Source: Kudoa neothunni (Eukaryota; Animalia; Cnidaria). From it: DNA of 64,000 nt. The stretch covers positions 8,605,904 to 8,669,903 of the forward strand of contig OZ199838.1 of the NCBI GenBank assembly GCA_964304625.1, in the 5' to 3' direction. A program made the position numbers and the translations under genes. Each line of letters opens with the position of its first letter. Within the stretch, counting starts at the first letter, position 1. Positions 1 through 14,749 of the stretch are shown one piece after another. The notes under the pieces were generated by a model that saw nothing but the letters and a program-made list of their open reading frames with translations, had not been told where the DNA came from and ran no database searches.

Positions 1-299
1 TTTGAGGGATAGTGATCATCTACCATCACATATATGATGATGTCTTCAGTTTCAATAGTTCTCAAACTGCATTTAGATTGAACAATCTTTTAATCTTAGT
101 TGGGTAAAAATAAAGAAATATCTTGGCACCGCAAAACTGAGCATATCTCGAGTTTAATACACTTTAGAAAAAACTGAATTATAATTATACGCATTTTTTG
201 CAGATGGAATTTACGAATGCTATATTTTTATCATTTTGTTTAATAATTTTCACACTAAATTAATCTTATCAATAATACATGAAGTGGATGTTTTTTAAC

Positions 300-1169
300 A
301 TTTAATCCCTAAAAATATTAAATTGATCGGCAAATGCCGTGCTCATTGTATCAGTTTTACATACGTTGAGTTGTTAAACTCCAAAAAAATTCATTGCAAA
401 ATTCAAATATATTTATGTAATTCTTTCGGTAAATTATTATAGAAAGTTTTCAATAGTATTCTGTGTTTGTTTTTGGTCGAATATAAAATACGTCAATGTG
501 ATTTATAGCTGGAGCATATTGATATTGACGAGAAGTTAGCAAGTAATTTTTATGGAGAGTTGAAAAATCAGAAGCTACTAGAATGTGACAAAAAATCATA
601 ACATAAAGTTTTTAATACAACAAATGATCAATTCCCATATTGTCTAAAGTTTTCATTTATTTTCTAAAACAGCTTTACTTTCTTGAGGGTATTAATGCAT
701 TCCTCAAATTAATTGATGCTTTCTTAATTCTAAAAAGAATATTAATACAGTCAGCGACCGGTTTTATGCACTGTTTTTGGAACGTTTTTCAAAAAATGGA
801 TAAATTTTGTTTAATATTCGGAAGAATTAAACGAAATGAAAAAAAAAACAATCAAAACATGAAATAATAAAATACGCCCACAATAGCTCCCCAAAAGCTG
901 CCGATTTTGTTACTATAAAGAATCAGACATTTCCTTCATATCCAACCCTTATGAAACTTAAAAAAACAAAAATAAATTGGGTTAAATGATTGAACACAAA
1001 CCGATTATTGTTTTCACTTGCGAATTTTTTGTGACCAAAATAACTAATTATTTTATTTCTAAGTGAAAAAAATTATTTGTTTCTTAAATATATGCGATTC
1101 AATGATACTAAATAGCTATGTATATTAATATACGCGCGCCGAAAAGTGCGTAAAACCGATCACTGACTG
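300..1169 (+). mobile_element. Degenerate pogo/Tigger remnant, right end (left end not identified)
   Basis: gtgcgtaaaaccgatcactgactg|ta at ~1146-1171 resembles the right TIR of the CAGTAGGTAACC Tigger family seen elsewhere in the window. The peptide LIDAFLILKR...HCF resembles the Tigger C-terminus. Confidence 0.4.
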
Positions 1170-1499
1170 TATATGCGACATAATCAAGTACCGCACGCGC
1201 CAGTTTCATTTTGAACTTGAAATATTGTAATAAAGTTGCCACATTTTTTATATTCAAGTTTAATAAGTAATGTTAAATTTACAATTAGAAGCACGATAAA
1301 TGTTTAATTCCACCAAGAATATTTTGATTATTTGAGGGAGCGATGCGTAGAAGGGTGTTTTTTAGGTGCCACATCCTACCCTATTACCGCATAATCTACT
1401 ATCTACCAGGGTGGCACAAGATTCAATAAAATTTGTCCACGACCGACCTTAGATAATCCATATAGAAACAGCTGCGAGCGCACAATCTTCAAAATACTT

Positions 1500-3720
1500 T
1501 CATGCATTTCATTTTATTCAACAACTGTTATAATGATCCAGAGGAGTTATAATCTCTGAGAAAAATTAACTTATCAAAATGACTTGGCTTTAAGCGATTA
1601 TAGATTTTTTGCAACGTTAATCCAACCCTTGAGGCATGTCTTTTACATTCCGTAGAACTCACAGGGATGGAATAAATTGACCTCGCTAGATGTTTGAGGT
1701 TAGGGTGAGCGCAAAAAAGTATCAATAGTAACCGTGAGTCTTCTTTTTGGAAAAAGCCTAGGTTAACGTAGAAGGGAATCAGCGAAGGTATTATTAACTT
1801 GTATTTTTAAATTTTAATTTCGAAAAAATCTAAAATTATGCAAAATATATTACAGTAGGTAACCGATTTTCCGTGATCCCTTTGGGACCATGGGAAAAGT
1901 TACTGTAAATGCGCACGCAAATATAAATAAAATATGTATCTGTTTTAAAGAAATTAATTTCATTTATACATGTATCTCCTTTTATTGAAATAATATGTTA
2001 TTTTATTCATATTTTTAAAGACGTATGTCGTAATTTTATCATCTTAACTCATTTTTTTGTCTAAATAATCAATTCCTCTCGGTCGTATATTTATTCTACA
2101 CCTCCTAAATCTTCAGTTCCAGAATCCGCAGATTCAATAATCAGAGGGGGCAAACTCGCCAAAGCGTTTTGATGTAGGTATAATGACTTCCTCTTGAATA
2201 TTCTCGGAATTTCCAGCTGAGAATTCTTTATTGCTCAAATTAATATTTAATGAACGCTCGTATTTATCGGCTGCAGGAAAATCATATTTTCTGAGTCAGT
2301 TAAATACAATATCCTTTGAAACGCCGTCCCATTATTTATAATTTGGAACAATGTTATAAGCGAACCTTGGTAGGATGTATTTATATCACTGCTAACTGCA
2401 GCAATATGGCTTTCTATTAAATTATTTTTGTAATTTTTTTGAATAAAGAAAGATTCCATGAACTATTAATTGCAAACCATTAGTTGAATTTTTTGCAAGG
2501 AATATAAGAGAGATATTGGACAAATAAATTTCGGCTTGACAAGTGGCATTATTAAGAAGTATTAAACTTTCTTGTACTTTGGTTTGAGTAAATTGTCAAA
2601 ATTAGAAAAATATTTGTTAAATGTTTCCCTAGTCATCCATTCTTTCCTGTTTTATTTAGTATTTTTAAAACAACATGGTTTTTGTGATTTCCAATCACAA
2701 GAGATTCAATGCAACCTCCAGGCGTAGATGCACGTCTCAAAACAGTAACTATATTTTAGATTTTTTTTTCTCTCGATGAAACAGCATTAAAATAATGGAA
2801 CTCTTTATTTCTACTAAGATAATGCAGTTTCGTCATGGTTATAGATACAGCCATCGTTGTTACCTTTGACTTAGTCACTCAATTTAGGCTACTAATTTTC
2901 TACAAAACTTTAGTCAACATAAGCAGCATCACCATGGGCAGTGATATTTTTAAATTAAATCGTGATTTAAAACTACAAAACATTCATGGATCGTTACTAC
3001 ACTTGGGTTCAATTATTTTGTCAATTGGTTTGTTTCATGTATGATATCATGATCAGATAGTTCAATTTTTTATCTTAAATAATTCCCTAGTCATATACTA
3101 TAGTATCGATGTCGTTATTTGAACACTGTCTAAAATTTTGTCTCTCTGAAGAAGCTAAGCCAGTTTATAAGATAAAACTATATCTTTCTTCCTAATCAAG
3201 ATGATATCAGAGTAGAAATAGGAAAGAGCTTAAATTTACTAAAAGTAGTATTTTTCCACTCCTGCTTAGTATACTTTAAAAAAATCAAAAAATTTATATT
3301 TATATTTATATTTATATTTTAGTTTTATTATTTCCTTATTTTTAACTTTTTCAGACATTACAAATGTAAATAAAGGCACACCACTAAATCCGCCTAGAGC
3401 TGAAAAGTTACGGGAAATCGGTTAAGCGATAATACTGTGAACATTCTCACTTTTAAATGTTCAATTTTTAAAATTTTTGTAAATTATTATTTAAAACTAA
3501 AAATAAAAATAAATAAAATAAAATTTATGGTTTAAAATATTAAAACAGTATTCTAATGGAATAAAGTCCGAAGTTACCGACATCGGTTACCTACTGTAAT
3601 AACTTGGCATAGCCATCCTTTCATTCCATATCTCATAAACATCAATTTTTTGATAAAATGATCCATATTCCACCCCAGATAAAATATTTATTTTAATCCA
3701 AGCTGATCTGCAGTTCGTGA
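1500..3720 (-). mobile_element. hAT transposase remnant interrupted by a Tigger element
   Basis: ORF 1528-1725 (HPNLKHLARSIYSIPVSSTECKR...NRLKPSHFDKLIFL) matches the hAT C-terminal dimerisation motif. A weak BED-finger-like start (IW.HF) lies at ~3600-3690. Termini not resolved. Confidence 0.6.
1853..3596 (-). mobile_element. pogo/Tigger DNA transposon, degenerate transposase
   Basis: ta|cagtaggtaaccgattttccgtg ... catcggttacctactg|ta TIRs with TA TSD. The minus strand carries decayed motifs (KEWMTRETF, DN-like, P.NST..LQ...GI). Confidence 0.85.
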
Positions 3721-4849
3721 AGAATGGTAATCATTGACCATAAAATCTGCAGTCGTCTCTTCAACTAGTTCTTGTAGTCTGTGCTATGTTTAATTTAAGG
3801 CTTCGTAACCTGTTCAGCGCTCATCTGTCTGTTTAAAATTGGACATTTATGAAATTTTGATAGCATATTTAAATATAGTGTGAGATTTGTAAATGCAGTC
3901 GTTCTATTTAATGAGTGAGATGTTTTCCCAATGATGGAGATCGGCACCATTTGTGTTCTCAACTAACCCAATATTCTTTTCTGCAAGAAACTTACGTAAA
4001 TTTTTTAAATTGCATTATTTTGAATTTTAATCTAAACAATCGGAACACTTAGGGCTGGGCATTATTTCCGCGTGTCTCAACGTCCGCTCGGACACATTAA
4101 CAAAGCTTGTCCGACTAGCTTTTGTCCTAATCCAATTTAATGTTGTTCGTTTGCGGATTAATTTATTTTCACAAACTATGGCAAGTAAAAGTAAGTTATC
4201 TCATGTAACAAATGATCCGCATAGGTTTGCGTATATCAATTTGTTAATATTGGTGTAAAATTTTTTGCGTGTTGATTTTCTAATTGAACAATTTAATACA
4301 CACGGTTACTACCAATTGGTGCGTGAGAAGCTAATTTATTATAATCGACTGTATTTGATTATATTTATTAAATTGAAAAGTATGAGAAAATCAAGTTAGA
4401 AGTATAACCAAAAATGCATTCACCTGTACATTATTTATAAAACAACAATAACCTCTTATACCATCTACGAAAAATATCTTATTACTTGGCACATTATCCA
4501 CAATATTTTTGTAACTCGGTATGCTACCGAAAAATGACTTTTCATTGAAATCTCAACATTGAGTTCTGAAAAGTAATAGACGATCTAAATATACCTAATC
4601 CATTCTGAGGCTTCCGAAAGGTAACAAGGTTGCTTGTCATTGTAGCTGTCTGGGCGAGGTCATGTTTCTATTCCATTTCAACTAATTTAAATTTTTAATT
4701 AATTGGATTAATATTTTTGGTTTTATTACTCACCCTTATCTCTTACAGGCGTTAGCATTCAAAATCTCATTAAATTGGAGGTAGCTGGCCCACTTGGACG
4801 TGCTCACGATTAACATTAAAAATTATGTTTTAATTGACCTATGTATAGT

Positions 4850-6267
4850 GTGGCATTATGTCAGAAGATGTGCTGAGTTAATTAAATAAAAATTGAAGCT
4901 TGAAGGGCCGCATTATTGATTACGCGTTTTTTTGATAATTGGAATACCTGTTGATGGCTTTTCTAACATGTTTGGTACAATAAAAATAAGTAAATATATA
5001 AATTTTATGATTGGTATACTATTTTAAGTTAAGATTGAAATAGTAGGTTTTTATACTCAATAAATATTAATTTTAACTGAGGTCATGAAAAGTTTAATAT
5101 TACTCATTAAGTACACATAAAATATTTAAACAATAATCCTTGTAAAACTATTTCATAGTTATTTAAAACTTGACATTCAATATAACATATACTTCAAAAA
5201 GAGGCCTAAGTTATAAATATGAGTATAATAAAGTTAGCCAACAAAATTACATTTGTGATATTTTAATTTCACTTATTTATATCAATAAATAAAAGAAAAT
5301 TTATCATAAGGTTTTAACCCTTAATTAATTGGTTTTGCTTATTATAACTTTCAAAGTATTTTAAGGCCATTTGTTCTCTATTATGATCGTTGATTTTCTT
5401 ACTGAATTCTCCAGGTTTCATTTGATGCCGTCGCATCAAGTTATATTCCTGTAACACAGGAACTGATCCGAGACAAAGCCAACAGACCGCTTTATCCACT
5501 GAATGTGCGAAGAAATATTTTTGAGTACAATCATCATCAAAACAATGGTTTTCATTATTAAGTGTACGCTTTCTGGGGGAAATTTATATTTACTAATACA
5601 AACGTGTAATGTCAACAAACGATGATTAATAAGGGAAGTTTGAGCGCTTTATAACTTAAGAACATTAAGAAAATAAATAGAAAACTATTCCTACATTAAG
5701 CCGAAAAATTTTGATACACCTTTATTATAAATATTGATGGTTGAAAATATAAGGATATCTAAAAAATTACACAAATTACATCGACGTTGTGCTTTTTAAA
5801 ATATAGGAATAAACAATTTTTACTTTAATGCATCGTCTGTAATGAAAGGTATGGGAAAGGTTCCTATTGCGTTAAACTTCTAATTTAGATGAGTGTCACA
5901 CGCTCATATTTTTTAATGTTTAGCTAATTTTAGATTCTTTCGTCGTAAATCGAATCTCAAGTATCAGTTCATTCCAAAGTTGTTAACCTATTACTTTATT
6001 TTAAGCGTGTATTAGACCTTACTTTGATCACTATTACATACGATAAACATACACAGGGTGCAAGCGTAGATAAAATATCAAATCGGATAACTGAATCGCG
6101 TAAAATTAACGTTTATAAATCTAAAATATTTGTCAAAAAGTAACTTTTTAATTGGTTTATGGAAGAAAAACGCTAAGTTAATGACTTTAGATTGTGAAAA
6201 TCGTGCATACTCGCGCAATTTTTCAGCCTTCTAAACTCGTCCGCGGGTCACACTTGGCCCACCACTG
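4850..6267 (-). mobile_element. Non-autonomous hAT (Buster/SPIN-like) deletion derivative
   Basis: Right TIR ggcccaccactg followed by ctgtagtg. Both ends are homologous to the MITE at 10622-11341. The internal peptide CWLCLGSVPVLQEYNLMRRH matches the SPIN/GTF2IRD2-type transposase N-terminus. Left TIR is eroded. Confidence 0.75.
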
Positions 6268-6549
6268 CTGTAGTGTACGTTAAGGAGAAATAATCGGATT
6301 AGAACTGAAATTTTAATTTTTCGTGTGAACTCGGAGAAAACTGTGTGGTTTCATGGTGAAGAATTAAAATCATTGGGCCGAGAATGATCGCTTTGAATGC
6401 TTCGATTCTGGTAATTTTAATTTTTCAATATTTCAATTTGTTTAGAGAATTTTAAGATACAAGGTGAATATTAGTCAGCCCAATATTGTGAAAAATAAAT
6501 TTACAAAACGCTTAAAACCTATGTGAGTTACTTGGAAATTTATTCGAAT

Positions 6550-7660
6550 TTTAGCATAATCCACTAGATCATCTCATGTAACAGAAGAAGCAGAAAAATC
6601 AAAACGTAATAAAAATGAGGACGCTCAACCCACAAATGAGGTTTGAATAATTAAAATTTACGTGAAATAATAACGCGGATTAGATGCTTGCTAAGTGGGA
6701 CAAGATAAGAAAGCAGGAGGCTTATTTGGGGTTGATATCTCAGACTGGATTATTTGCAACGTATAACAATTTTGGTTGGAACTGATAATTATTTTTAAAA
6801 GTTTTCTCATAGCTACTAATTCAACTAAATTACCAGAAGTCCCGACGATTGAGTTATAATTATGGTTGTCATGCGATATCATTTATTTATTTGGTAGGGC
6901 TTGCACAGATATTGATTCTGCTTACGCTATTTTTGTGACAACCATTTTATCATCATTGTTTTTATGTAATAAGTGACTCCTCACACTTAACACTGTAATT
7001 GTTATTAGGCTATAAATTTCAGTCAATTAGATTTAATATACTCACCTCTCCAACGCTACCATTTATATCTACAAAGTGCATAAAGTTGATGAAAGTTGCG
7101 GGAGCATCCGCGTCCGTGAATCTCGTCATATATTCGTTATTTACGGTAGGTTAGCTTTCGTTAAAAGTTTTCATTGGACAAACAATTTCTTTCACAGTAC
7201 AAGAACTATCCTCTTATCCATTCCATAGCGACACCTCCTATTTTTGTGTTCAATTTTAATTCTGATGGTTAAAGACCTACAAAATATCTGAAGGCTTGCA
7301 CCGGTTGAAATATACTACAGCTGCCAGACATTTTTCAAAATGTTATTGTTACTGTTCTGTTGCAACAAACATTATAGTTTGTAAACTTCTACTCACATTA
7401 CTCAGATTAATTATAACTTAGTTTTTCTGCTCGTTTTGGTTTATTTCGTTGGTGACAATACCATAAAAGAGAAAATAGAAGAATTAGTATATAGCTTTTT
7501 GTTTGTTTGAGGATATTTCAAGAATTCTCTAGGCTTTAGATGATTCATGTATTTTTCCTTTGTTGGAGTGGCTATTTGCACTTTCGATTGTATTTGGAAT
7601 GTCTATTTCCTCTTAACTGTAAATTTTTTGGAGATTTTGACTTATTACATTTGAGTCATT
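6550..7660 (-). mobile_element. hAT (Tip100/ZMYM, DUF4371-type) transposase remnant
   Basis: SHDN...SGNLVELV...Y....IQSEI resembles the RGHDE...GNF.EL...IQNEI motif; heavily disrupted. Confidence 0.55.
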
Positions 7661-7678
7661 CTTTATCTTTATTGTGAA

Positions 7679-9186
7679 CTAGCGTTAATGCCCAGCTTTG
7701 CCTGATACTGTGTTACTGTGTGATGGAAAATTTTAACTTTTAATTTTATTTTCTATTTTAATTTATGCATTTTAAAGCTTGTCATTATTTTTGCAATGTG
7801 ATGACTTAGATAAACGAAATTATGCGCACACTTCCTATTCAAATATAAATAGAGGTATGGAGAGAATATGATTAACGATTAAAGTTCAGTTATTTATGAA
7901 ACAAAATCATTAAGTAACGTAAATAGGACTTTCAGTGCTTTTCAAAATTTTGCGATAAAAATGAATCCTTCTAGTTATAAAATTTATTATTAGTCTACAA
8001 ACGATAAAAAAAATAAAACAACCTAAGATGTCTCCGAAATATAAATATTAATTGTTACTCCTTTTTTCACAATTTTAGAATGATGCTAATGATGTTTTAA
8101 AAACCTGTGAGCGGTAACTTACGTATTCACTATTGTAACGAAATTTCCCCCTTTTATAAATAAATCCAACGTTGCTTTTTATCAAGAATACTTAGTGGTT
8201 CAAAAATATACTCAGTTAATTAACAAAATACGATTAAATCAAAAATGTAAAGGTGTTTTTGGTTTGAAAAATTACAGTAATGCTTAAACATCAACTGGTT
8301 TTCTTGAAGGAATGCACCCTTTTAAAAAATAACGTACTGTTTGATTGCCCTAAAAAATTTTCTTCGTATTGAACTATTCTTAGATTAACGACAGCTTTGT
8401 GAAAATATCGGTTCGATCGAATAGACTAATAATTTCTTATTAACTTATATGTCACGTATTGAGAGGGGATTGTAATTTGTGCAAAAGTAATCGTGAATAT
8501 AAATTCTTAAACTACGTATAGAATGCGGTGTCGCATATTTTCATGCAGCTTTTAGTTCATAATGAATTATTTTTAGCGAAAAGAAAATTATATATTGATT
8601 TGAATATTAATCTTAAGGTCTGGGGGTAAGGAATAATTAGGATACATATAGAGACTCAAATTATGTGTTTTATTTAAAATGATCATAATCTATTTTGCTT
8701 AACTATATTCATAACGCTCGAAAAGAGAAAACACATACCAAATAATTTATTTATGCTTCAAAATTTAAGAGAAATGCGACAACTCTTGTAAATGTGACGA
8801 TAATAGTTTCATTTGTCTTAAAAGTACTCCGACAGGCATATGTAAAATTTTTAGAACATTCTAAACCATAATTAAGAAACTATTTTTCTATATAATGAGT
8901 GAAAGTTCATTTTAATTGGCTATCAATCAGAGGAAAACAAATATCAATATTATGCAGGTACTTTTTAATCTGCTATTTGAGAAGACAACCAGAAAATTCC
9001 TTACTTCGGATTGTGTTATTGACTACATTTATATTTCTAAGTAAATGATCGACTAATATTAATGGTTTTATCTATTCAAACACAAACTTACAGCTACATT
9101 TAAAGAAAGTTTCTCCGTGGCACATGGGTACTTCTGCAAACTGACACGCACACTGACAGACATAAGAACTTTATTATGTATATAGA
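7679..9186 (-). mobile_element. Non-autonomous Helitron-like element
   Basis: On the minus strand it begins A|TCTATATACAT followed by a (gtca/gtgt)-type microsatellite and ends with an imperfect hairpin plus CTAG|T (caggcaaagctgggcattaacgctag|t); inserted between A and T with no TSD. Confidence 0.65.
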
Positions 9187-10567
9187 TTTTTAATTTTATC
9201 TCGCTGATAAAATTGTATGTCGGTAACACAACATTAACTCAGGTTTTAATAAATTCTGTGAACTTTAAAATGTCTTTAATAAAGCTGGAAAACTTTGTTT
9301 ATACAAATCATAATAGACCTTAGGTGAATTTCATGTCAGATTCTTTTTTATATAACATCCTATGATAAAAGTTTGAATCGAGAATATATAAGTATATTAT
9401 AACAAAGAAGATATCTATAATTTCTTGTTGGCTTAAAAAATTTTTGTATTACGTAGTGTAATGTGTTCCAAGAAAACTACAGTTCGGTAAATACATACAA
9501 AATATACGTAGGCACAAGAATCATAAGCACGCCTTAATTAATTCTCTTACACGTAGTTAAACTTATTAGATATACCCAGTACAATGTATTACAGCTTAAT
9601 TATGAGTTAATCAAATTCTTGAAACAAAGTAACGTTCATAACTTTCTCATGGTTCGTATTTGATTATAATTTATTTTAATATTCCAGATAATTAGTACCA
9701 ATCTTTAATAATTATAAACTATATGACGAATTTACATAAGATAATAAAATTCATATTTTGATCTAAACATCCAAGATAAAAAATTGTATCAGTGCTTCCC
9801 CACTTTGGGTTAGGAGATCAACGGTGGCTCATTGCCAATGCAAGGGAAATTTTAAATTTATTACGGTATATTTATTCGATTAACTTTGTAATGAGAATTA
9901 ATGGCAAAGTACTTCATTCAGATACTTTTTAATTTATTTTGAGAATAACTATCTATCAAATGAATCAGTCTAATATTCTTTTTCTGTTTGATTTAAGATA
10001 ATATCTAAGAGGTCTTAATCTTCCTAATAGGTAAAATCTGTAGGAAAACATAGGGACCAAAGATTACCAGCGATAGGCTTGCCAAAAAAGAAAACAACAA
10101 TCGAATGCTTCCAAGTAAACCATAACGAAAATTAAAAATTTTATCACATTAAGTATATTTTTGGGGCAGATACATATTTTTTTTCATTTTGAGAAAAATT
10201 CTGATGCAAGAAACAGCGCGAACAAATTTACGAAATAAGGAGGCCATGCCATGCGCACACAACCCAATGAATAATGGTGGTGGACCATTTATCGCTTATT
10301 ATGGAAATACTGGTTATAATTAATTTCAATAGAGTCGTATATCTTAATAATTGTTTTAAATTTGCGATTCTAAATATCTTCTTCTGTTTAATGAGGTATT
10401 CACGACGATAAACGTACGTTTTATATTTGTTCGAAAAATGTTGTAGGAAAAAAATCAATTAATTATTTTGTGAAATATGGTTGAAAACTGAGAAACGCTT
10501 ATGGAGATATTGATTACCACGCCAATAGCCACTGTCAAAATCTTATATGCTCTTCTCATCTGGAGCG

Positions 10568-11416
10568 TGTTAAAATTTTTCTCCTAATCTCATACTTGAT
10601 GGTGTAGTTAACACTATAGCGCAGTGTTGGGCATTACTTTTGGTTCTGCGGGCCACATTGGCTCATTATAAAAGTTTGGAGGGCCGCATTGTTGATTAAA
10701 TGTTTTCTGAGAACTCTAATATCTATTGGTGGTTTTTCTAACATTTTTGATACAATAAAAAAATTAGTGTGGAAATTAATTTAGAAAGGAACTAAATAAT
10801 TAAAAAAATCGAAATTTAGTGATCGGCATACTATTGCAAGTTTCGATCGGAATAATAGATTTTATCGCTTTTCAAATATATTAATAAATTAGATTTTTTT
10901 AAACTAGGCGAATGTAATGGAAAATATGGATATGGTTCTTATTGCGTCAAACCTAATTTATGTATGAGTATCGCATCCTCATATGTTTTTCTGCTATTTA
11001 GTTATTTTTAGATTCTTTTTGTTGTTAATTGAATCTCGTGTACAATTTTTTCTGAAGTTTATGACGTGATTTTGTTTTAAGGGCGTATTAGATCTTACCT
11101 CATTCACATTTACATATGATAATCATAGGTACGATGCAAGCATAGGTAAACATAAAATCAGATAATAAAATCGCGTAAAATTAAAGTTTACAAATCCATA
11201 ATATTCATCAAAGGATTGTTTATTTATTTTTTTATGGAAGATAAATGCTGTCTCGGCGTTTCTAGATTTTGAGAACATGTACATGCTCGCGCAAATTTCA
11301 GCCGCAAAAACCCGTCCGGGGCCGCATGTGGCCCACCACTGCTATAGCGAATAGATACTCACGGAATAAACGCACTAATACGACTCGATACTATATAGGT
11401 TATTGGTGGTTCAACA
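10568..11416. mobile_element. ~121-bp solo-LTR-like insert (interrupted by a hAT MITE)
   Basis: TGTTAAA...TTCAACA termini, internal AATAAA, flanked by gagcg/gagcc 5-bp repeats; 121 bp after removing the MITE and one TSD copy. Confidence 0.55.
10622..11341. mobile_element. hAT MITE
   Basis: TIRs cagtgttgggc / gcccaccactg with a perfect 8-bp TSD ctatagcg on both sides. Confidence 0.9.
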
Positions 11417-11602
11417 GAGCCGCCGCTCCCTGTTTAATATACGCGTAGTATTGTTATAAACACAATAATCCTTATCTTAAACACTTGTTTTTTTATTTCA
11501 CTATGAAGGAATATGAATGTGAATACGAATCATGCATCGAAATATTTATTTTATTTTTTCATGATATCATAATGAAAAAAATTAACATTAAGTTATTATT
11601 AA

Positions 11603-13913
11603 CCCTCTAACGACATTAGGGTGTATTTCACCCCAGATTTTTGTTGGATAAATTTAGCTAAAATATTATTATAAAACGTTTGATAAAAGTTTAGTGTATT
11701 CTAATGAGAGATTTTGGAGGAAAATCTCAACAATATAATAGATTAATCCTTAATAATCTTATTCGGACGCCATTATCATTGCATCAGACATTTTCGTTAT
11801 TTACATGGTGCGTGATTCCTCTTGTTCTTACATAAATTGATACATGTTTAATAAATGTTATTTGATTTATTGATATATTTTAAATATTAAATCTTTTCTA
11901 AGGTTTTACGAAATTATCTAAAACAAGTGGACGATGTATTCTCACAGGTTATAGGGGCGAACATTAAACTCTTAGAATATCATATTTTATTAGATTTAAA
12001 CAATAATCGTTAAAATTCTTAATTATTTTAATTAGTAAATTAAAAGGCGACAGATAACCTAACAAATAGCATCATTAAACGCATGTGGTTGGCTTGTTTT
12101 TAAACGTAAATATGATCAGTGATTTTTCCGAATTTATTGAGGAGCTCGAATCATATGGTAGTGAAGTCGAAGACTGTTTATTTGAGTTTCTAGAATCATC
12201 TGACGAATGCTATGAAATTGAATGTAACCAAGACTCCGCTGAGGGAAAAAGTGGGATTGTTTGGAGCCTAATTAAGCCACCTGTTTCGAAAACATCAATT
12301 GAAAACATAATGAATTGTAATCCAGGGCCAACAGTTTACTGCATTCAACGCATAAAAAAAGTTTTGCATTATTTTTTGAAATTCTTTAATGAAGATATTT
12401 GTGGAGAAATTATCAAAAACACCAACATGTTTGGACGTGATTATTTCCACGATGTATAGAAAGAAGTTGATGATGTATAATTTAAAGGGTTTCTGGGAAT
12501 ACTTATCTTAATGGGAATTCATCAAGAGAGAGCGGAACCTTTGCATGAACTTTTTAGTTTATCTGAAGGGAAGTCAATTTAACGTCAGCTTTTTTCTCGA
12601 ACTCGCCTTTTACAAATATCGCGAGCACTACACTTTGAAAATAAAGGCACAAGAATACAAACAAGTGTTGATAAATTTTCTGCAATTCGTGATGTTTGGA
12701 CCATGTGGGTGAACGAATTACCCAAGTACTTTGCACCTCATGAAGACGTCATAATTGACGAACAACTTTTCCCTTTTAAAAGAAGATGCCCCTTTAGACA
12801 ATATATGCCTAAAACCGGCGAAATATGGGACTAAATTTTTTTTCATGGCTGATCTCGTTGAAAAATATGTCCTCAATATTTCTCCTTATCTCGGGAAAAA
12901 TGGCGAAAACGCTACTAGAAGTATTGGAGTTGGCGAAAGCATTGTTCTTTCACTTGCATCTCTATTGTACAATTCTGGGAGGAACATTGTTGAGGATAAT
13001 TTTTGTTCGTCGCTATCACTGGCATCAAAGTTGCTGCAAAAACGTCTTACTACTTATCTCGGAATTATAAGGAATAATAAGAGAGATTTGCTTCCATGTG
13101 TGCTTCCATCAAGGAACAGAGCGTTACATAGTACCATATTCCTCTTCCACGAGAAAAACATGATAACGTCATATGTTCTCAATAAAGGAAAGGCCGTTAA
13201 TTTGCTATCGACAGGAATATATAACGTCAACATAGGAAGTCTACAAAATGACAGAAAACCACATGTTATAGAGCACTAAAGGTGGGGTCGATACTGTCGA
13301 CAGGATGATATCTTTAGTATCCGTTCGTAGGTTCTGCATCCATAAAAACATTTTTAAAGGAAACCCCCCCAAAAAGAAGAGTTTTTTTTAAAGAAATGGC
13401 GGAATTATTGTATAGGCCATTTCTTAGTAGAAATACTAAAATTGAAAAAGTAGTCAAAAGGACTTTTACGTCCAATCCAAATAAACATAATGTTCTTTCA
13501 AATTCGAAATCAGAATTTAGATGCCAATTATGTCCTCGAAGAAACGATAAAAAACGACCTTATGTTGCGAAATCTGTCAACGATATTATTGCAAAGATCA
13601 CTCATCAAAAATCCGTTGGGATTGCTCAAAATAAACAATTAATTTGATTATATTTTATTTTTTATTTATTCGTCTATTCATGCTTACAAAAAATACACAT
13701 TTCATTCGCTGGACGCGTTTACACAAGTTATTGAACAATGCGCCAAATCATCAGATAGGATTAAAATGGGCTTAATGATGTCAATATTCTGTATTTTCCT
13801 GGAAATCCGTTTGCATGAATTTTTTAAAATTTTTCATATTACTTTATATTAATTTTACAAATAAAATAATCAAAAAAATCTGGTGTTAAATCTATTCCAA
13901 TGACGTTAGAGGG
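11603..13913 (+). mobile_element. piggyBac element with pseudogenised transposase
   Basis: ttaa|ccctctaacg...cgttagaggg|ttaa. Fragments carry IDEQLFPF..RCPFRQY..KPAKYG, EDNF, KGGVDTVD and a C-terminal Cys-rich RCQLCPRRNDKK; multiple stops and frameshifts. Confidence 0.92.
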
Positions 13914-14749
13914 TTAAACACTAGCTGTATTTTGAAACTCAAAATATTTCATGAATAATACCAAAGTAGTGACGAAATCAATATTTTCATAAAATACTCT
14001 GGACAATATATTAAAATTGTTTCATGGGATCAAACTTAATTTTAAAAAATTTCAAACTCACTTTAAGTAGCTTATTGCGTGCTGCGCGTGCTCATTACTA
14101 AATATTAAAACGTGTCAGATTATTCCATCTTCTTTTTAGATCTCCCATATATGGAAATAATTAAATAAAAGTTTGAATTTTAAATTATGATTCCTCGAAA
14201 CTACTTTTATTTAGACTATCAGAATTCACAGTGAAACTCGTTCATTCATGCAGGCGCTGTCTCAAATGAGGTTGCTGTTGCTAAAAATGCAATCTTTCCA
14301 CACTACTCGATTGAACTTTAATGGAAAAGTATTTATAGTTGATTATTATTAGTTAATTATCTTTATTAGATTAAAAAATACAAGAAACCTTTACAACAAA
14401 ACACCTTGTAATTATTAATGTCGTTTTTCTGGATAACTATTCTATTAAATAATTATTATATTAATTGAATAGAGATGTGTGGAGCGCCAAATTTGATGCT
14501 CCGCTTTTTTCTCATCCCGACTCCAACAAAGTAGCCAAATATGACTAATAACATTGTTAAAGTTTTGTTACTTATGTATAGATATTCCTAGCGTTTAGGA
14601 TAGGTCGTAAAATATACTTCGCAACCAGTTTATTTTTTATTTCAGGATATAGCTACTGGTAATTAACAATATTTTTATTTGATATTATTTACTCGCAATA
14701 ATTGGTACACGTAAAAGATATTTATTAATTTTCAATTAGTTATTATCAA

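Noticed and set aside
10228-10458. Tc1/mariner-like peptide
   Set aside because: Similarity too weak and no termini found.
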